Source: Patescibacteria group bacterium
Lineage (GTDB): Bacteria > Patescibacteriota > Minisyncoccia > Phycocordibacterales > Phycocordibacteraceae
DNA: 64,000 nt
NCBI GenBank assembly: GCA_040384705.1
Contig: JAZKIU010000001.1
Coordinates: 229,675 to 293,674, forward strand
Direction: 5' to 3'
Both the position numbers and the translations under genes were made by a program. The notes under the pieces are model-generated. The model saw nothing but the letters and a program-made list of their open reading frames with translations, was not told the origin of the DNA and did not search any database. Below, in pieces: positions 9,617-19,496 of the stretch. Position 1 is the stretch's first letter. Each line of letters opens with the position of its first letter.

Positions 9617-9727
9617 ATACCTATATATTGTGTATCACTTTTGGATGTAAGTCAATTTTACCATACTTGTATGGTTTTTCAATGACGTTCGGTAGATTTT
9701 CCCCAGCCTATAGGCGACAATGAGGGA

Positions 9728-12400
9728 ATGCAGTCAACGCGCTGGTACGCGCTCCCCAAGGAACAGGTCGAAGTGCAGCTCGAAGCGAGCGAGCATGGTC
9801 TCGCGTCGCTCACCGCGAAGGAGCGTCTCTTGAAATACGGAGCGAACGCGCTTCCGGAATCTAAGCCCGACGGCATTCTCATCATCTTCCTCCGTCAGTT
9901 CGCGAGCCCACTCATCTATATATTGCTCGGAGCCGCGGCAATCGTGTATTTCACCGAGGAACCAGTCGATGCATACATCATCCTGGCGATACTCTTCTTC
10001 AACGCCATCGTCGGGAGCATCCAGGAAGGGAAGGCGCAGAACACCCTGCGCGCACTTAAGTCGTACGCTACCACCGAAGCGACAGTGCTGCGCGATGGTC
10101 GCGAACTCCTCATTCCTGACCGCGAGGTCGTGCCGGGCGACATCCTCATCTTCTCCGAGGGCGGCAAAGTCGCCGCTGACGCACGCATACTTTCCGCGCG
10201 CGGCCTGCGCATAGACGAGTCCGCGCTCACCGGAGAATCGGAACCCGTCGAGAAGGATATCCATCCGCTTGCAGATACCGAACTCACCGTGGGTGACCAG
10301 CTGAACATGGCATTCAAGGGAACGAATGTCGTTGCGGGCACCGGCCAAGCGCTCGTGGTCGCGACGGGCACCAGCACCGTCCTCGGCTCCATCGCGAAGG
10401 AGCTCTCGGGCGTCGCCACCGAGATACCGCTCCAAGCGAGCATTCGCCGCCTCTCGAAGGCGATCATTGTAGTCGTCGCTATCATCAGCGCGCTCCTGTT
10501 CGTCCTCGGATACCTGAAGGGGCACCCTCCCGTTGAGATGTTCGCAACGGTCGTCACGCTTGCGGTCTCCATTATCCCCGAAGGCCTTCCCATCGTCATG
10601 ACGCTCGTGCTCGCGTCAGGCGTCTGGCGCATGAGCAAGCGCAACGCGCTCGTGAAGAACCTCCAGGCGGTCGAGGCGCTCGGTCAGGCGGCCGTGATTG
10701 CGGTGGATAAGACGGGGACCATCACGAAGAACGAGATGATAGTCCAGAAGGTATATGCGGAAGGGAAGCTCTTCGACGTCACGGGTGCCGGATACGCGCC
10801 CACGGGCGATGTGCTTATCGGCAACGCTTCGATAGTCGCAGCGAATCATCCCGAGCTTCTCTCTGCCGGGAAGATTGCTGCATATACCGCGACCGCGCGC
10901 GTGGTGTACGACGAAGAGCACAAGCTCTGGAGGGTTGCGGGCGACCCAACTGAAGCGGCGCTCATCGTGCTCGCTCGCAAGCTCGGGTTCCAAAAGGAAG
11001 ACCTTGAGCGCGAGTCGCCGCCCCTATTCGAGCTTCCGTTCACTTCGGAGCTTCGCTTCCACGCGGCGGTCCACGCGGGCGCACGCGGTGGTGCGCTTTC
11101 GGTAACGGGAGCGCCCGAGCACATCCTCGCGCGCTCAAGCATGGTGCGTGAGAACGGGAGCGAACACGCAATGACCGCGGAGAAGCGCGGCGAGCTCGAA
11201 GCGCTCATGCTCCGTCTCTCGGAAGACGGGTTCCGCGTGCTCGCGTACGCGGAACGCAACGGTGTGCATGAGGCGCTATCACCCGAGCACGTGGACAAGC
11301 TCACATTCCTCGGCTTCTTCGGGATACGCGATGGTTTGAAACCGGAGGTGCGCAGCGCGCTCCTTGCGGCGCATAACGCGGGAATAAAGGTGGTGATGAT
11401 AACGGGCGACCACGTCGCGACCGCGCGCGCGGTCGCTAAGGAGGCCGGCATATGGAACGAAGGGGACGGCGTGCTCACCGGAACCGAGATGGATGATATG
11501 GACGAGGCCACGCTCATCGATGCGCTTGCTTCAGTAACGGTGTTCGCGCGCGTCACGCCCGACCACAAGCTCCGCATTATCAAGGCGTACAGAGCCAAGG
11601 GTCTCACCATCGCGATGACGGGCGACGGCATTAATGACGCGCCGTCGCTTGTTGCAGCCGACCTTGGTGTCGCGATGGGGAAGATAGGGACGGAAGTCGC
11701 GAAGGAGGCGGCCGACATCGTGCTGCTCGATGACGACTTCGGCAGTATCGTCGCTGCGGTCGAAGAGGGTCGCGGCATATACCAGAGCATCCGTCGCGTC
11801 GCGCTGTATCTCTTCTCGACGTCTGCCGGCGAGACGCTTGCCATCACGGGAGCGCTCGTCGTCAGCTACCCGCTCCCCGTGCTCCCGGCACAGATAATCT
11901 GGCTCAACTTCGTGACCGACGGATTCCTCGATGTGGCGCTCGCGATGGAACCGAAAGAGAAGAACCTCATGGCGCGCAAATTCACCATGCCCGGCAAATA
12001 TCTTATCGATAAGTCGATGTTCCTGCGCATGGGACTCATGGCGACGACGATGGCGGTCGTCACGCTCGTGCTTTTCGGCATGCATCTCTCCGAAGGTCTC
12101 CCGAAGGCGCTCACCATCTCGCTTTCAGTACTCGCGGTGCTCCAGTGGTACAACGCCTGGAACTGCCGCTCCGAGACGCGTTCGATATTCTCCATGAACC
12201 CGTTCAGCAACCCATATCTCATCGGTGCAACGACGGTGGTCGTCATCCTCCAGATACTCGCGGTGTACACGCCGTTCCTCCAGGGAGTGCTCCACACCGT
12301 GCCGCTCTCGCTCGATGAGTGGAAGCTCGTTCTCGTCGCAGGACTTCCTATCATCGTCGTGGAAGAGATACGCAAGCTATTCGCGCGCATGGGTCGTTAA
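9728..12400 (+). CDS. cation-transporting P-type ATPase (type IIA-like)
   Basis: TGES, IPEGLP, DKTGTIT, GDPTE, TGD, GDGINDAP, LNFVTDG motifs. Confidence 0.95.
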   Translation: MQSTRWYALPKEQVEVQLEASEHGLASLTAKERLLKYGANALPESKPDGILIIFLRQFASPLIYILLGAAAIVYFTEEPVDAYIILAILFFNAIVGSIQEGKAQNTLRALKSYATTEATVLRDGRELLIPDREVVPGDILIFSEGGKVAADARILSARGLRIDESALTGESEPVEKDIHPLADTELTVGDQLNMAFKGTNVVAGTGQALVVATGTSTVLGSIAKELSGVATEIPLQASIRRLSKAIIVVVAIISALLFVLGYLKGHPPVEMFATVVTLAVSIIPEGLPIVMTLVLASGVWRMSKRNALVKNLQAVEALGQAAVIAVDKTGTITKNEMIVQKVYAEGKLFDVTGAGYAPTGDVLIGNASIVAANHPELLSAGKIAAYTATARVVYDEEHKLWRVAGDPTEAALIVLARKLGFQKEDLERESPPLFELPFTSELRFHAAVHAGARGGALSVTGAPEHILARSSMVRENGSEHAMTAEKRGELEALMLRLSEDGFRVLAYAERNGVHEALSPEHVDKLTFLGFFGIRDGLKPEVRSALLAAHNAGIKVVMITGDHVATARAVAKEAGIWNEGDGVLTGTEMDDMDEATLIDALASVTVFARVTPDHKLRIIKAYRAKGLTIAMTGDGINDAPSLVAADLGVAMGKIGTEVAKEAADIVLLDDDFGSIVAAVEEGRGIYQSIRRVALYLFSTSAGETLAITGALVVSYPLPVLPAQIIWLNFVTDGFLDVALAMEPKEKNLMARKFTMPGKYLIDKSMFLRMGLMATTMAVVTLVLFGMHLSEGLPKALTISLSVLAVLQWYNAWNCRSETRSIFSMNPFSNPYLIGATTVVVILQILAVYTPFLQGVLHTVPLSLDEWKLVLVAGLPIIVVEEIRKLFARMGR

Positions 12401-12435
12401 CTCGCACTTCACTATATATAGGAGAGTATGGGCGG

Positions 12436-13314
12436 ATGCGGAATCGTAATTTCGAACGTAAGTCGAAGATTCCACCGCAGAAGCAGGACATGCGTCCGGG
12501 AAGGACGATGCCCATGCAGCCTGCGCCCGAGGATAAGATGGAATGCTATGAGGGGAGCGGAAAGCTCACTGGTAAAGTAGCGCTGATTACGGGCGGTGAT
12601 AGCGGGATAGGACGAGCGACTGCGATAGCGTTCGCGAAGGAAGGCGCGTCAGTTGCCATCATCTATTTCAACGAGGACGATGACGCGAAGGAGACCGCGC
12701 ACCACATCGAGGACGTCGCGGGCGAAGGGCAGGTGACCTTGCTCCGCGCCGATATAGGGAAACCTGCAGTCGCGAAGCGGGTGGTGGAGCAGATAGTGAA
12801 GCGCCTCGGTGGGCTCGACATACTCGTGAACAACGCCGCCGAGCAGCATCCGCAGTCCTCCTTGCTCGATATCAGTCCCGAACAGCTCGAGCGCACCTTC
12901 CGCACGAACGTCTTCGGCATGTTCTATATGACCCAAGCTGCACTCCCGCACCTCAAGGCCGGAAGCGCCATCATCAATACGACATCGGTGACTGCATATA
13001 AGGGAAGCGCAGAGCTCATCGACTATTCTGCAACTAAGGGAGCGATAGTCGCGTTCACACGCTCCTTATCGCAATCGCTCGCAGAAAAGAAGATACGGGT
13101 GAACGCAGTCGCGCCCGGTCCCATATGGACGCCGCTCATCCCCTCGACGTTCTCGAAGGAGAAGGTGGGGAAGTTCGGGCAGGATACGACGCTAGGCCGC
13201 CCGGGGCAGCCGGATGAGATAGCACCTGCGTTCGTGTTCCTTGCGTCGGACGACTCCTCATATATGACGGGGCAGGTGCTTCATCCGAATGGGGGGACGA
13301 TAGTCAACGGTTAA
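12436..13314 (+). CDS. SDR oxidoreductase, general-stress type (YhdF/YghA-like)
   Basis: GSGKLTGKVALITGGDSGIG, YSATK, GPIWTPLIP; start moved to MRNRN. Confidence 0.9.
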   Translation: MRNRNFERKSKIPPQKQDMRPGRTMPMQPAPEDKMECYEGSGKLTGKVALITGGDSGIGRATAIAFAKEGASVAIIYFNEDDDAKETAHHIEDVAGEGQVTLLRADIGKPAVAKRVVEQIVKRLGGLDILVNNAAEQHPQSSLLDISPEQLERTFRTNVFGMFYMTQAALPHLKAGSAIINTTSVTAYKGSAELIDYSATKGAIVAFTRSLSQSLAEKKIRVNAVAPGPIWTPLIPSTFSKEKVGKFGQDTTLGRPGQPDEIAPAFVFLASDDSSYMTGQVLHPNGGTIVNG

Positions 13315-13371
13315 TGCGGCCTTCATTGTGGTTGAGCTTTACTAACTCTCTTATCCACTAGCAATAACCGC

Positions 13372-13911
13372 ATGAAGAAATTTACCGTTGGAGTATTTGC
13401 CGCAAGAGAGGATGCGGAGAAAGCTATTAACCGCCTGCATAACGAGCTCACTATCCCGAACGAGGATATCTCCTACCTCTATCGCAACAGCGAGGGAGAG
13501 GTCAGGGAAGTGCATGCTGAACACATAGCGACCTCGACACCGGTCGAAGGCGCAGGAAAGGGCGCGGCAGTGGGAGGCGCGATAGGCGCGCTCGCAGGTA
13601 TCGCTGCGGTTGCAGGCGTCATCCCTGTAATTGGACCATTGTTCGCTGCAGGCCCGCTCGCCGTCGCGCTTGGCCTCACGGGCGCAGTGGGCACGACCGC
13701 TGCAGGAGCCATGACCGGAGCTGCCGCAGGCGGGCTCATCGGTGCGCTCGCGAACATGGGCATCGGCGAGGAGCGTGCCCAGCGCTACGCGGACCGCGTG
13801 AGTGCGGGCGACATACTTGTCGCAGCGTATGCGGACGAGGGCACCGATGTACAGTCCCTCCTTACGGACGCAGGAGCGCTTGAAACCGAGACATATAGCC
13901 TGAAGGTCTAA
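13372..13911 (+). CDS. general stress protein (YflT-like, glycine zipper)
   Basis: VGVF..REDAEKAINRL; GAAVGGAIG, IPVIGPLFAAGP, GGLIGAL..GI.EE.A..Y. Confidence 0.75.
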   Translation: MKKFTVGVFAAREDAEKAINRLHNELTIPNEDISYLYRNSEGEVREVHAEHIATSTPVEGAGKGAAVGGAIGALAGIAAVAGVIPVIGPLFAAGPLAVALGLTGAVGTTAAGAMTGAAAGGLIGALANMGIGEERAQRYADRVSAGDILVAAYADEGTDVQSLLTDAGALETETYSLKV

Positions 13912-13955
13912 TAATCTCGTGAGTTCAGGGCGGCATAGATGATATGCTGGGTGCA

Positions 13956-16202
13956 ATGAAACGGCGTATCATCGCGATCTCATTCCTGGCCGCCCTTATC
14001 GTCGCTCCGACTGCGCACGCGGCTACGACCGAGGAGTTGCTCTCCCTCATACATACGCTGCAGGCGGAGCTTTCTGCGCTTACAGCCAAGATAGCCACTA
14101 CGATTACGCCGCCTGTCATCACTCGCACGCTCGATGTTGGTGCGGAAGGAGCGGACGTAGTCGCGCTCCAGGCATACCTCAAGGCGCTCGGCTTCTATAC
14201 GCACCCGACAACGACGGGCTTCTTCGGTCCGGTCACGCAAGCGGCGGTCACTGCATACCAGCAAGCCAACGGACTTCCGGGGGTCGGCGCAGTCGGGCCA
14301 CTCACCATGGCGAAGCTAGCTGGAGTATCGCCAACTCCTCCGCCACCCGCGAATTACGTAGCTGATGCTCCGACGAAGAAGCCTGCTTCACGAGATCGAG
14401 GACACGGCGGGTCTGCTGCGGAGGAAACACCTATTCCTGTTACTCTCGCCACTCTCACACTTTCCGCTTCCACCATTGTCGAGAACAGTCCGGCGGACAC
14501 GGTCGTCGGTACGCTCCAGGGCACCACTACCGGCTCGACTCTTTCCCTCACCGACACGGCAGGCGGTCGCTTTAAGGTTGTGGGCGACGTCGTCATGACG
14601 GACTCGACCGTGACTGACTATGAGACGACGGCCTCGCACAACATCACCGTCCGCGAAACATACGCAGGCGCGACCAATACGCCGCTCGATACCATTCTCT
14701 CTATTACCGTCACGAACACTGCGGAGGGAACCCTTTCGGCGCTCACACTTTCCGCTGCAACGGTGCCTGAGAATAGCGCGGCCGATACGGTGGTGGGAAC
14801 CCTGCAAGGCACTACTACGGGCTCGACCCTCTCTCTCACCGACTCCGCGACCGGCCGCTTCAAGCTGGTAGCGGGAGTCATCTTGACTGATTCCGTCGCT
14901 ACCAATTACGAGAGCGCGACTTCACACAGTATTACCGTCCGTGAGACCTATGCGGAGGCCGCCAATTCACCACGCGATACCATACTCGCTATCACCGTTA
15001 CGAATGTCGCGGAAGGGACGCTCTCGGCTCTCACTCTTTCTGCTTCCACTATCGCGGAGAACAGCCCAGCGGACACGGTCGTCGGAACGCTCCAGAGCAC
15101 GACCACCGGCTCCACCCTCTCTCTCACTGACACTGCGAGCGGCCGCTTCAAGCTCGTCGGTGGGGTCATCCTTGCTGACTCTGTCGCTACCGACTATGAA
15201 GGTGCGACTTCCCACAACATCACTGTTCGTGAGACATATGCAGAAGCCTCCAACTCACCGCGCGATACCACGCTTGCCATCAGCGTGACCGATGTATACG
15301 AAGCAACCTCGGCCGCTCGCTGGCGCGTGCGTGTGTATGGCGCTCAAGGGCTCGATGGAACCACCGGAGCCGGGGCGCACTCGATTGCCGAACTGAAGTT
15401 CATGACGAGCGCAGGCGCAGGTGCGCAACCAACCACTGGTACTCCTATTTCAAGCAACGATGGCGGAGGCGGGGCAAAGGCTAATGCATTCGATGGCTCG
15501 AACTCGACGTATTGGTACGACGGCGCTAACGCTGACTCATGGCTCGGCTATACCTTCGACAGCGCAGTCGCCATCACCCACGTCAGCATGACCTCGCGCG
15601 ATTCGTTCTATCAGACCCCGAAGACATTCTTCGTTGAATATTCCACGAACGGCGGCTCGAGCTGGAATACGGCAGCGTACATCGTGTCGTCGAACTGGAC
15701 GGCAGCGGCCCAGACCAAGGTCGTATCGCTCGCAACCGCCTACCCAAGCAATGACCTGTCGGCGCTCGATGAGCCGGGCGGCTACCGCTATTGGGCAATA
15801 AAGGCGAAGAGCCCGGGTTCGTACGCTGGAAGCTTCAACGCGAATCAGACGGACATCCTGCTCAAGAGGAATGGCACGAGTATCGGGCCTGACCAGCATG
15901 CCAATCGTGGGCTCAATGCGACGGTGGTGAACTCGACGCCATTCAATAACGTCACCGGCGACAACTATTGGTACTTCGGCGCAGCAGACCAGTACGTGAT
16001 GGTCGACTTCGGGTACAAGCGCGTCGTCGACCAGGTGGGTGTGCTCGTGCGCAGCGGTTTCCCATCCCAAGCACTCCGGTACTACGAGGTATGGGCGGGC
16101 AACAGTGCCTTCACGCTCGCTTCCATGTCGCTCATCACGACCGTGGACGATAATACTGGTACGCCAACGGGAGGAACCGCGCATCTCTTCAGTATTCCTT
16201 AA
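13956..16202 (+). CDS. secreted adhesin-like protein: PG-binding domain, 3 cadherin-like repeats, discoidin-like domains
   Basis: Signal peptide; DVVALQAYL..TGFFGPVTQAAV.AYQ; ENS..DTVVG and DYE repeats; ANAFDG..TYW. Confidence 0.8.
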   Translation: MKRRIIAISFLAALIVAPTAHAATTEELLSLIHTLQAELSALTAKIATTITPPVITRTLDVGAEGADVVALQAYLKALGFYTHPTTTGFFGPVTQAAVTAYQQANGLPGVGAVGPLTMAKLAGVSPTPPPPANYVADAPTKKPASRDRGHGGSAAEETPIPVTLATLTLSASTIVENSPADTVVGTLQGTTTGSTLSLTDTAGGRFKVVGDVVMTDSTVTDYETTASHNITVRETYAGATNTPLDTILSITVTNTAEGTLSALTLSAATVPENSAADTVVGTLQGTTTGSTLSLTDSATGRFKLVAGVILTDSVATNYESATSHSITVRETYAEAANSPRDTILAITVTNVAEGTLSALTLSASTIAENSPADTVVGTLQSTTTGSTLSLTDTASGRFKLVGGVILADSVATDYEGATSHNITVRETYAEASNSPRDTTLAISVTDVYEATSAARWRVRVYGAQGLDGTTGAGAHSIAELKFMTSAGAGAQPTTGTPISSNDGGGGAKANAFDGSNSTYWYDGANADSWLGYTFDSAVAITHVSMTSRDSFYQTPKTFFVEYSTNGGSSWNTAAYIVSSNWTAAAQTKVVSLATAYPSNDLSALDEPGGYRYWAIKAKSPGSYAGSFNANQTDILLKRNGTSIGPDQHANRGLNATVVNSTPFNNVTGDNYWYFGAADQYVMVDFGYKRVVDQVGVLVRSGFPSQALRYYEVWAGNSAFTLASMSLITTVDDNTGTPTGGTAHLFSIP
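14442..15305 (+). repeat. three tandem 288-nt (96-aa) intragenic repeats
   Basis: Repeat starts at 14442, 14730 and 15018 (TL.ALTLSA.T..ENS.ADTVVGTLQ). Confidence 0.9.
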
Positions 16203-16273
16203 GGGTAGCGTTCTTCAGGAAAACTTTATCTTCGCTCCAGGCCCCGCAACGCGGGGTCTGGTAGTATCGGTGG

Positions 16274-17938
16274 ATGACCCAGAGCGAAGCCTTGCAAGTA
16301 CTCAAGACCGGAGCGAACGTTTTCCTTACCGGAGAGCCTGGTAGCGGCAAGACGCATACCATCAATGAGTACGTGAAGTGGCTACGCTCTCATGCAATCG
16401 AGCCATCCATCACGGCGTCGACCGGCATAGCAGCGACCCACATCCACGGCGTGACCATCCACTCCTGGAGCGGCATCGGCATCGCGGAACGCCTCACCGC
16501 GGACCTGCTTGAGCGCGTCTCGCAGAAGGAGCATGTGGTGAAGCGCATACAGCGCACGGACGTGCTCATCATCGACGAGGTCTCCATGCTTTCGGGCGAT
16601 GTCCTCACGATGGTGGACGCGGTCGCTAAAGAAGTCAGGCGCCGCGAGGAACCATTCGGCGGCATGCAGGTGGTGCTCGTGGGCGACTTCTTCCAGCTGC
16701 CTCCGATCGGGAAGGTGGGGCGGCCCTCGGCGTTCGCATTCGAGAGCCCGGCGTGGCCTGCGCTCAATCCGATCATCTGCTACCTGCATGAGCAGCATCG
16801 TCAGGAGGACGGGGCGTTCCTCGATCTCCTTGGCGCCATACGCACGAGCTCCTGGGACCACACGCACGTCTCGCTCATCACGGCGCGCGAGACCGACGGC
16901 GAAGGGCTCGATGAGGACATTCCCCAGTTGTATACGCATAACGCGGACGTAGACCGGATAAACGAAGGGAAGCTCGCAGCGCTTCCAGGCAACGGGAAGC
17001 GCTTCACGATGACCGGCCAAGGGGCTCCCATGCTCATCGAGGGCCTCAAGCGCGGCTGCCTCTCGCCTGAGACCCTCGTGCTCAAAGAAGGTGCGGTCGT
17101 GATGGCGACGAAGAACAATCCTATAGCGGGATACGCGAACGGTACGCTCGGTATCATTACTGGCTTCGAGCGCGGTACTAGCTATCCGATGATAGAGACA
17201 CGCGACGGAAGGGAAATAACGATAGCGCCCGCCGAGTGGGCGGTAGAGGAGGGCGGGAAGGCGCGCGCCAAGATAATGCAGGTGCCGCTCCGCCTCGCCT
17301 GGGCCATCACGGTGCATAAGAGCCAGGGAATGAGCATGGACGCAGCCGCTATGGACCTCTCACGTTCGTTCGAGTATGGACAAGGGTACGTAGCGCTCTC
17401 TCGCGTGCGTACGCTCGCCGGGCTCTCCCTTCTCGGCTGGAACGAGAACGCGCTCAATGTGCACCCGGGAGTGGCAACCAAGGATAAGCTCTTCCGCGAG
17501 CTATCCGAGCAAGCTGCCGTCGCGTTCGGTCTTCTAGAAGAGAGCGGAGAACGTACGACAATGGAGCAGAATTTCATAAAGGCATCAGGCGGCTCGCTCG
17601 AGGTGCGTGACGCATCCATCGCGAAAGTGAAGCGCAGCACGTATGACGAGACGTACGATCTCCTCAAGGAAGGGAAGACAATCAATGACATCAAGGCGCT
17701 GCGCGGGCTTACACTCGGCACCATTGCCGACCATCTGCAAAAGCTGAAGGAAGCAGGGCGGATAACTACAGACGAGGTACAGGATCTGCTTCCTGAAGCG
17801 ATCATCGACGGGCTCCCTAAGATATTCGTCGCCATGAAGGCGGTGGGGAGCGAGAAGCTTGCGCCGATATATTCAAAACTCAAGGGAAAGTATACGTACG
17901 ATGATTTGAAACTCGCACGTGTCGTCTACGAAGAATAA
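16274..17938 (+). CDS. PIF1-family helicase with C-terminal HTH
   Basis: GEPGSGKT, IIDEVSM, GDFFQLPP, LAWAITVHKSQG, YVALSR motifs. Confidence 0.92.
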   Translation: MTQSEALQVLKTGANVFLTGEPGSGKTHTINEYVKWLRSHAIEPSITASTGIAATHIHGVTIHSWSGIGIAERLTADLLERVSQKEHVVKRIQRTDVLIIDEVSMLSGDVLTMVDAVAKEVRRREEPFGGMQVVLVGDFFQLPPIGKVGRPSAFAFESPAWPALNPIICYLHEQHRQEDGAFLDLLGAIRTSSWDHTHVSLITARETDGEGLDEDIPQLYTHNADVDRINEGKLAALPGNGKRFTMTGQGAPMLIEGLKRGCLSPETLVLKEGAVVMATKNNPIAGYANGTLGIITGFERGTSYPMIETRDGREITIAPAEWAVEEGGKARAKIMQVPLRLAWAITVHKSQGMSMDAAAMDLSRSFEYGQGYVALSRVRTLAGLSLLGWNENALNVHPGVATKDKLFRELSEQAAVAFGLLEESGERTTMEQNFIKASGGSLEVRDASIAKVKRSTYDETYDLLKEGKTINDIKALRGLTLGTIADHLQKLKEAGRITTDEVQDLLPEAIIDGLPKIFVAMKAVGSEKLAPIYSKLKGKYTYDDLKLARVVYEE

Positions 17939-17979
17939 AAAGTCCGCCAGGGCCCGAGGGCGCCTGGCGGAGAAGTCGA

Positions 17980-19389
17980 TCACAGGATGGGTGCGGGATT
18001 GTAGCCGGCTGCCGCTCCATGGCGACTGATGACGAGGTCGGCGAAGTGCATGACCGTGTCCGCTTGGTCCTCCGCCAGGCCCGTATTCGGCACGATGAGG
18101 GCGTCTATCTCCTCGGCAGACAATGGGAAGGACGAATCCATCCCGAGAAGTCTGGAGAACACCGAAGCATCCTCGCCTTGCCGTATTCGCGTGAGAGCGG
18201 CCGTCGAGTAGCGCTTGATAAGTGCATGCGCGTCCTCGCGTCCCATTCCCTTGTCGATGGCGGCCATCAAGATGGCGGTTGTAGAAAGGAAGGGGAGTTC
18301 AGTCGCAAGTTCTCGCTCGATGATGGCCGGAAATACTGCCATCTCATCGAGCACGGTCATCGTCGCCTCGAAGAGTCCATCGAGTGCGAAGAACGCATCG
18401 CTTAGAAGGATGCGTCGCGGAACAGAGCAGCTCACGTCGCCCTCATACCACTGGTGACCCATGAGGCCGCTTGCCATGGTCACGTAGCCCGAAAGGATGT
18501 TCAGAAACCCGCCGATGCGCTCGCACGTCCGCATATTCATCTTGTGCGGCATTGCGGAGGAACCGGTCTGGCCCTCCTTGAACCCCTCGGTCACTTGGGA
18601 TTGGCCCGCCATGAGCCGCATCGTGCTGGCGAAGTTAGCCGGCGCAGACGCGAGCTGTGCTAGGGCCGCGACAACCATGAAGTCGAGGGAGCGAGGGTAG
18701 ACCTGGCCCACCGCGACGAGCGTGCGTCCGAAACCGAGATGCTCGCGCACCACGACTTCCAGTTGTAGAGCGTTATCCGTACCCAGGAGTGTTTGCATGT
18801 CCTGCTGGGTTCCCACGGGCCCTTTCATGCCCCGAAGCGGATAGGTCGCGATGATGGATTCCAGATGCTCGAACGCGCAGAGGAATTCCTCCATCCACAT
18901 CGCGAAGCGCTTGCCGAGCGTCGTGGCTTGCGCCGGCACGTTATGGGTCCGTCCGCATATGACCATCGCCTCGTATTCATTCGTCCGGTCTCGTAGTCGC
19001 CGCAGTATCGCGACGGCTCGATTCCGCACGAGCTCAAGGGAGCGGTGAATTTGCACCTGCTCGACGTTGTCGGTCAGGTCGCGTGACGTCATGGCTTCGT
19101 GGATATGCTGGCATCCTGCGAGCGCGTTGTACTCTTCGATACGCGCCTTCACGTCGTGTCGCAGAATGGCTTCTCGAGCAGCAATAGAGGCCAGGTCGAC
19201 GACCTCGACGTTCTTTTCGTACGCGATGATGTCGTCGTCCGAGATGTCTCGTCCAGCCGCGCGCTGGGCCTTAAGCACCGCAAGCCACAGGCGCCGCTCG
19301 GCGATTATCTTCCCGCGCGCTGACCAGATGGCCTTCATGGCTTCGCTCGCATACCGTTGAGCGAGCACGTTCTCGATGACTTCGGTCAT
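17980..19389 (-). CDS. purB: adenylosuccinate lyase
   Basis: RHDVKA, MTSRD, GRTH, GSSAMPHKMN; start moved to MTEVIENVLAQRYAS. Confidence 0.92.
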   Translation of the reverse strand: MTEVIENVLAQRYASEAMKAIWSARGKIIAERRLWLAVLKAQRAAGRDISDDDIIAYEKNVEVVDLASIAAREAILRHDVKARIEEYNALAGCQHIHEAMTSRDLTDNVEQVQIHRSLELVRNRAVAILRRLRDRTNEYEAMVICGRTHNVPAQATTLGKRFAMWMEEFLCAFEHLESIIATYPLRGMKGPVGTQQDMQTLLGTDNALQLEVVVREHLGFGRTLVAVGQVYPRSLDFMVVAALAQLASAPANFASTMRLMAGQSQVTEGFKEGQTGSSAMPHKMNMRTCERIGGFLNILSGYVTMASGLMGHQWYEGDVSCSVPRRILLSDAFFALDGLFEATMTVLDEMAVFPAIIERELATELPFLSTTAILMAAIDKGMGREDAHALIKRYSTAALTRIRQGEDASVFSRLLGMDSSFPLSAEEIDALIVPNTGLAEDQADTVMHFADLVISRHGAAAGYNPAPIL

Positions 19390-19496
19390 GATACCTATCC
19401 TTTCCCGTGTGCTTCCGGAAGTATTCCGGTTCCGCAGGGATAGTACCTTTTCCGAAATGTTTAGCAATCGCCCGTGTGAGGTACAATCAGTAGAAT

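Noticed and set aside
14442-15305. CRISPR array or DGR template/variable repeat
   Set aside because: In-frame 288-nt domain repeats with mostly synonymous differences; no spacers, cas genes or reverse transcriptase in the window
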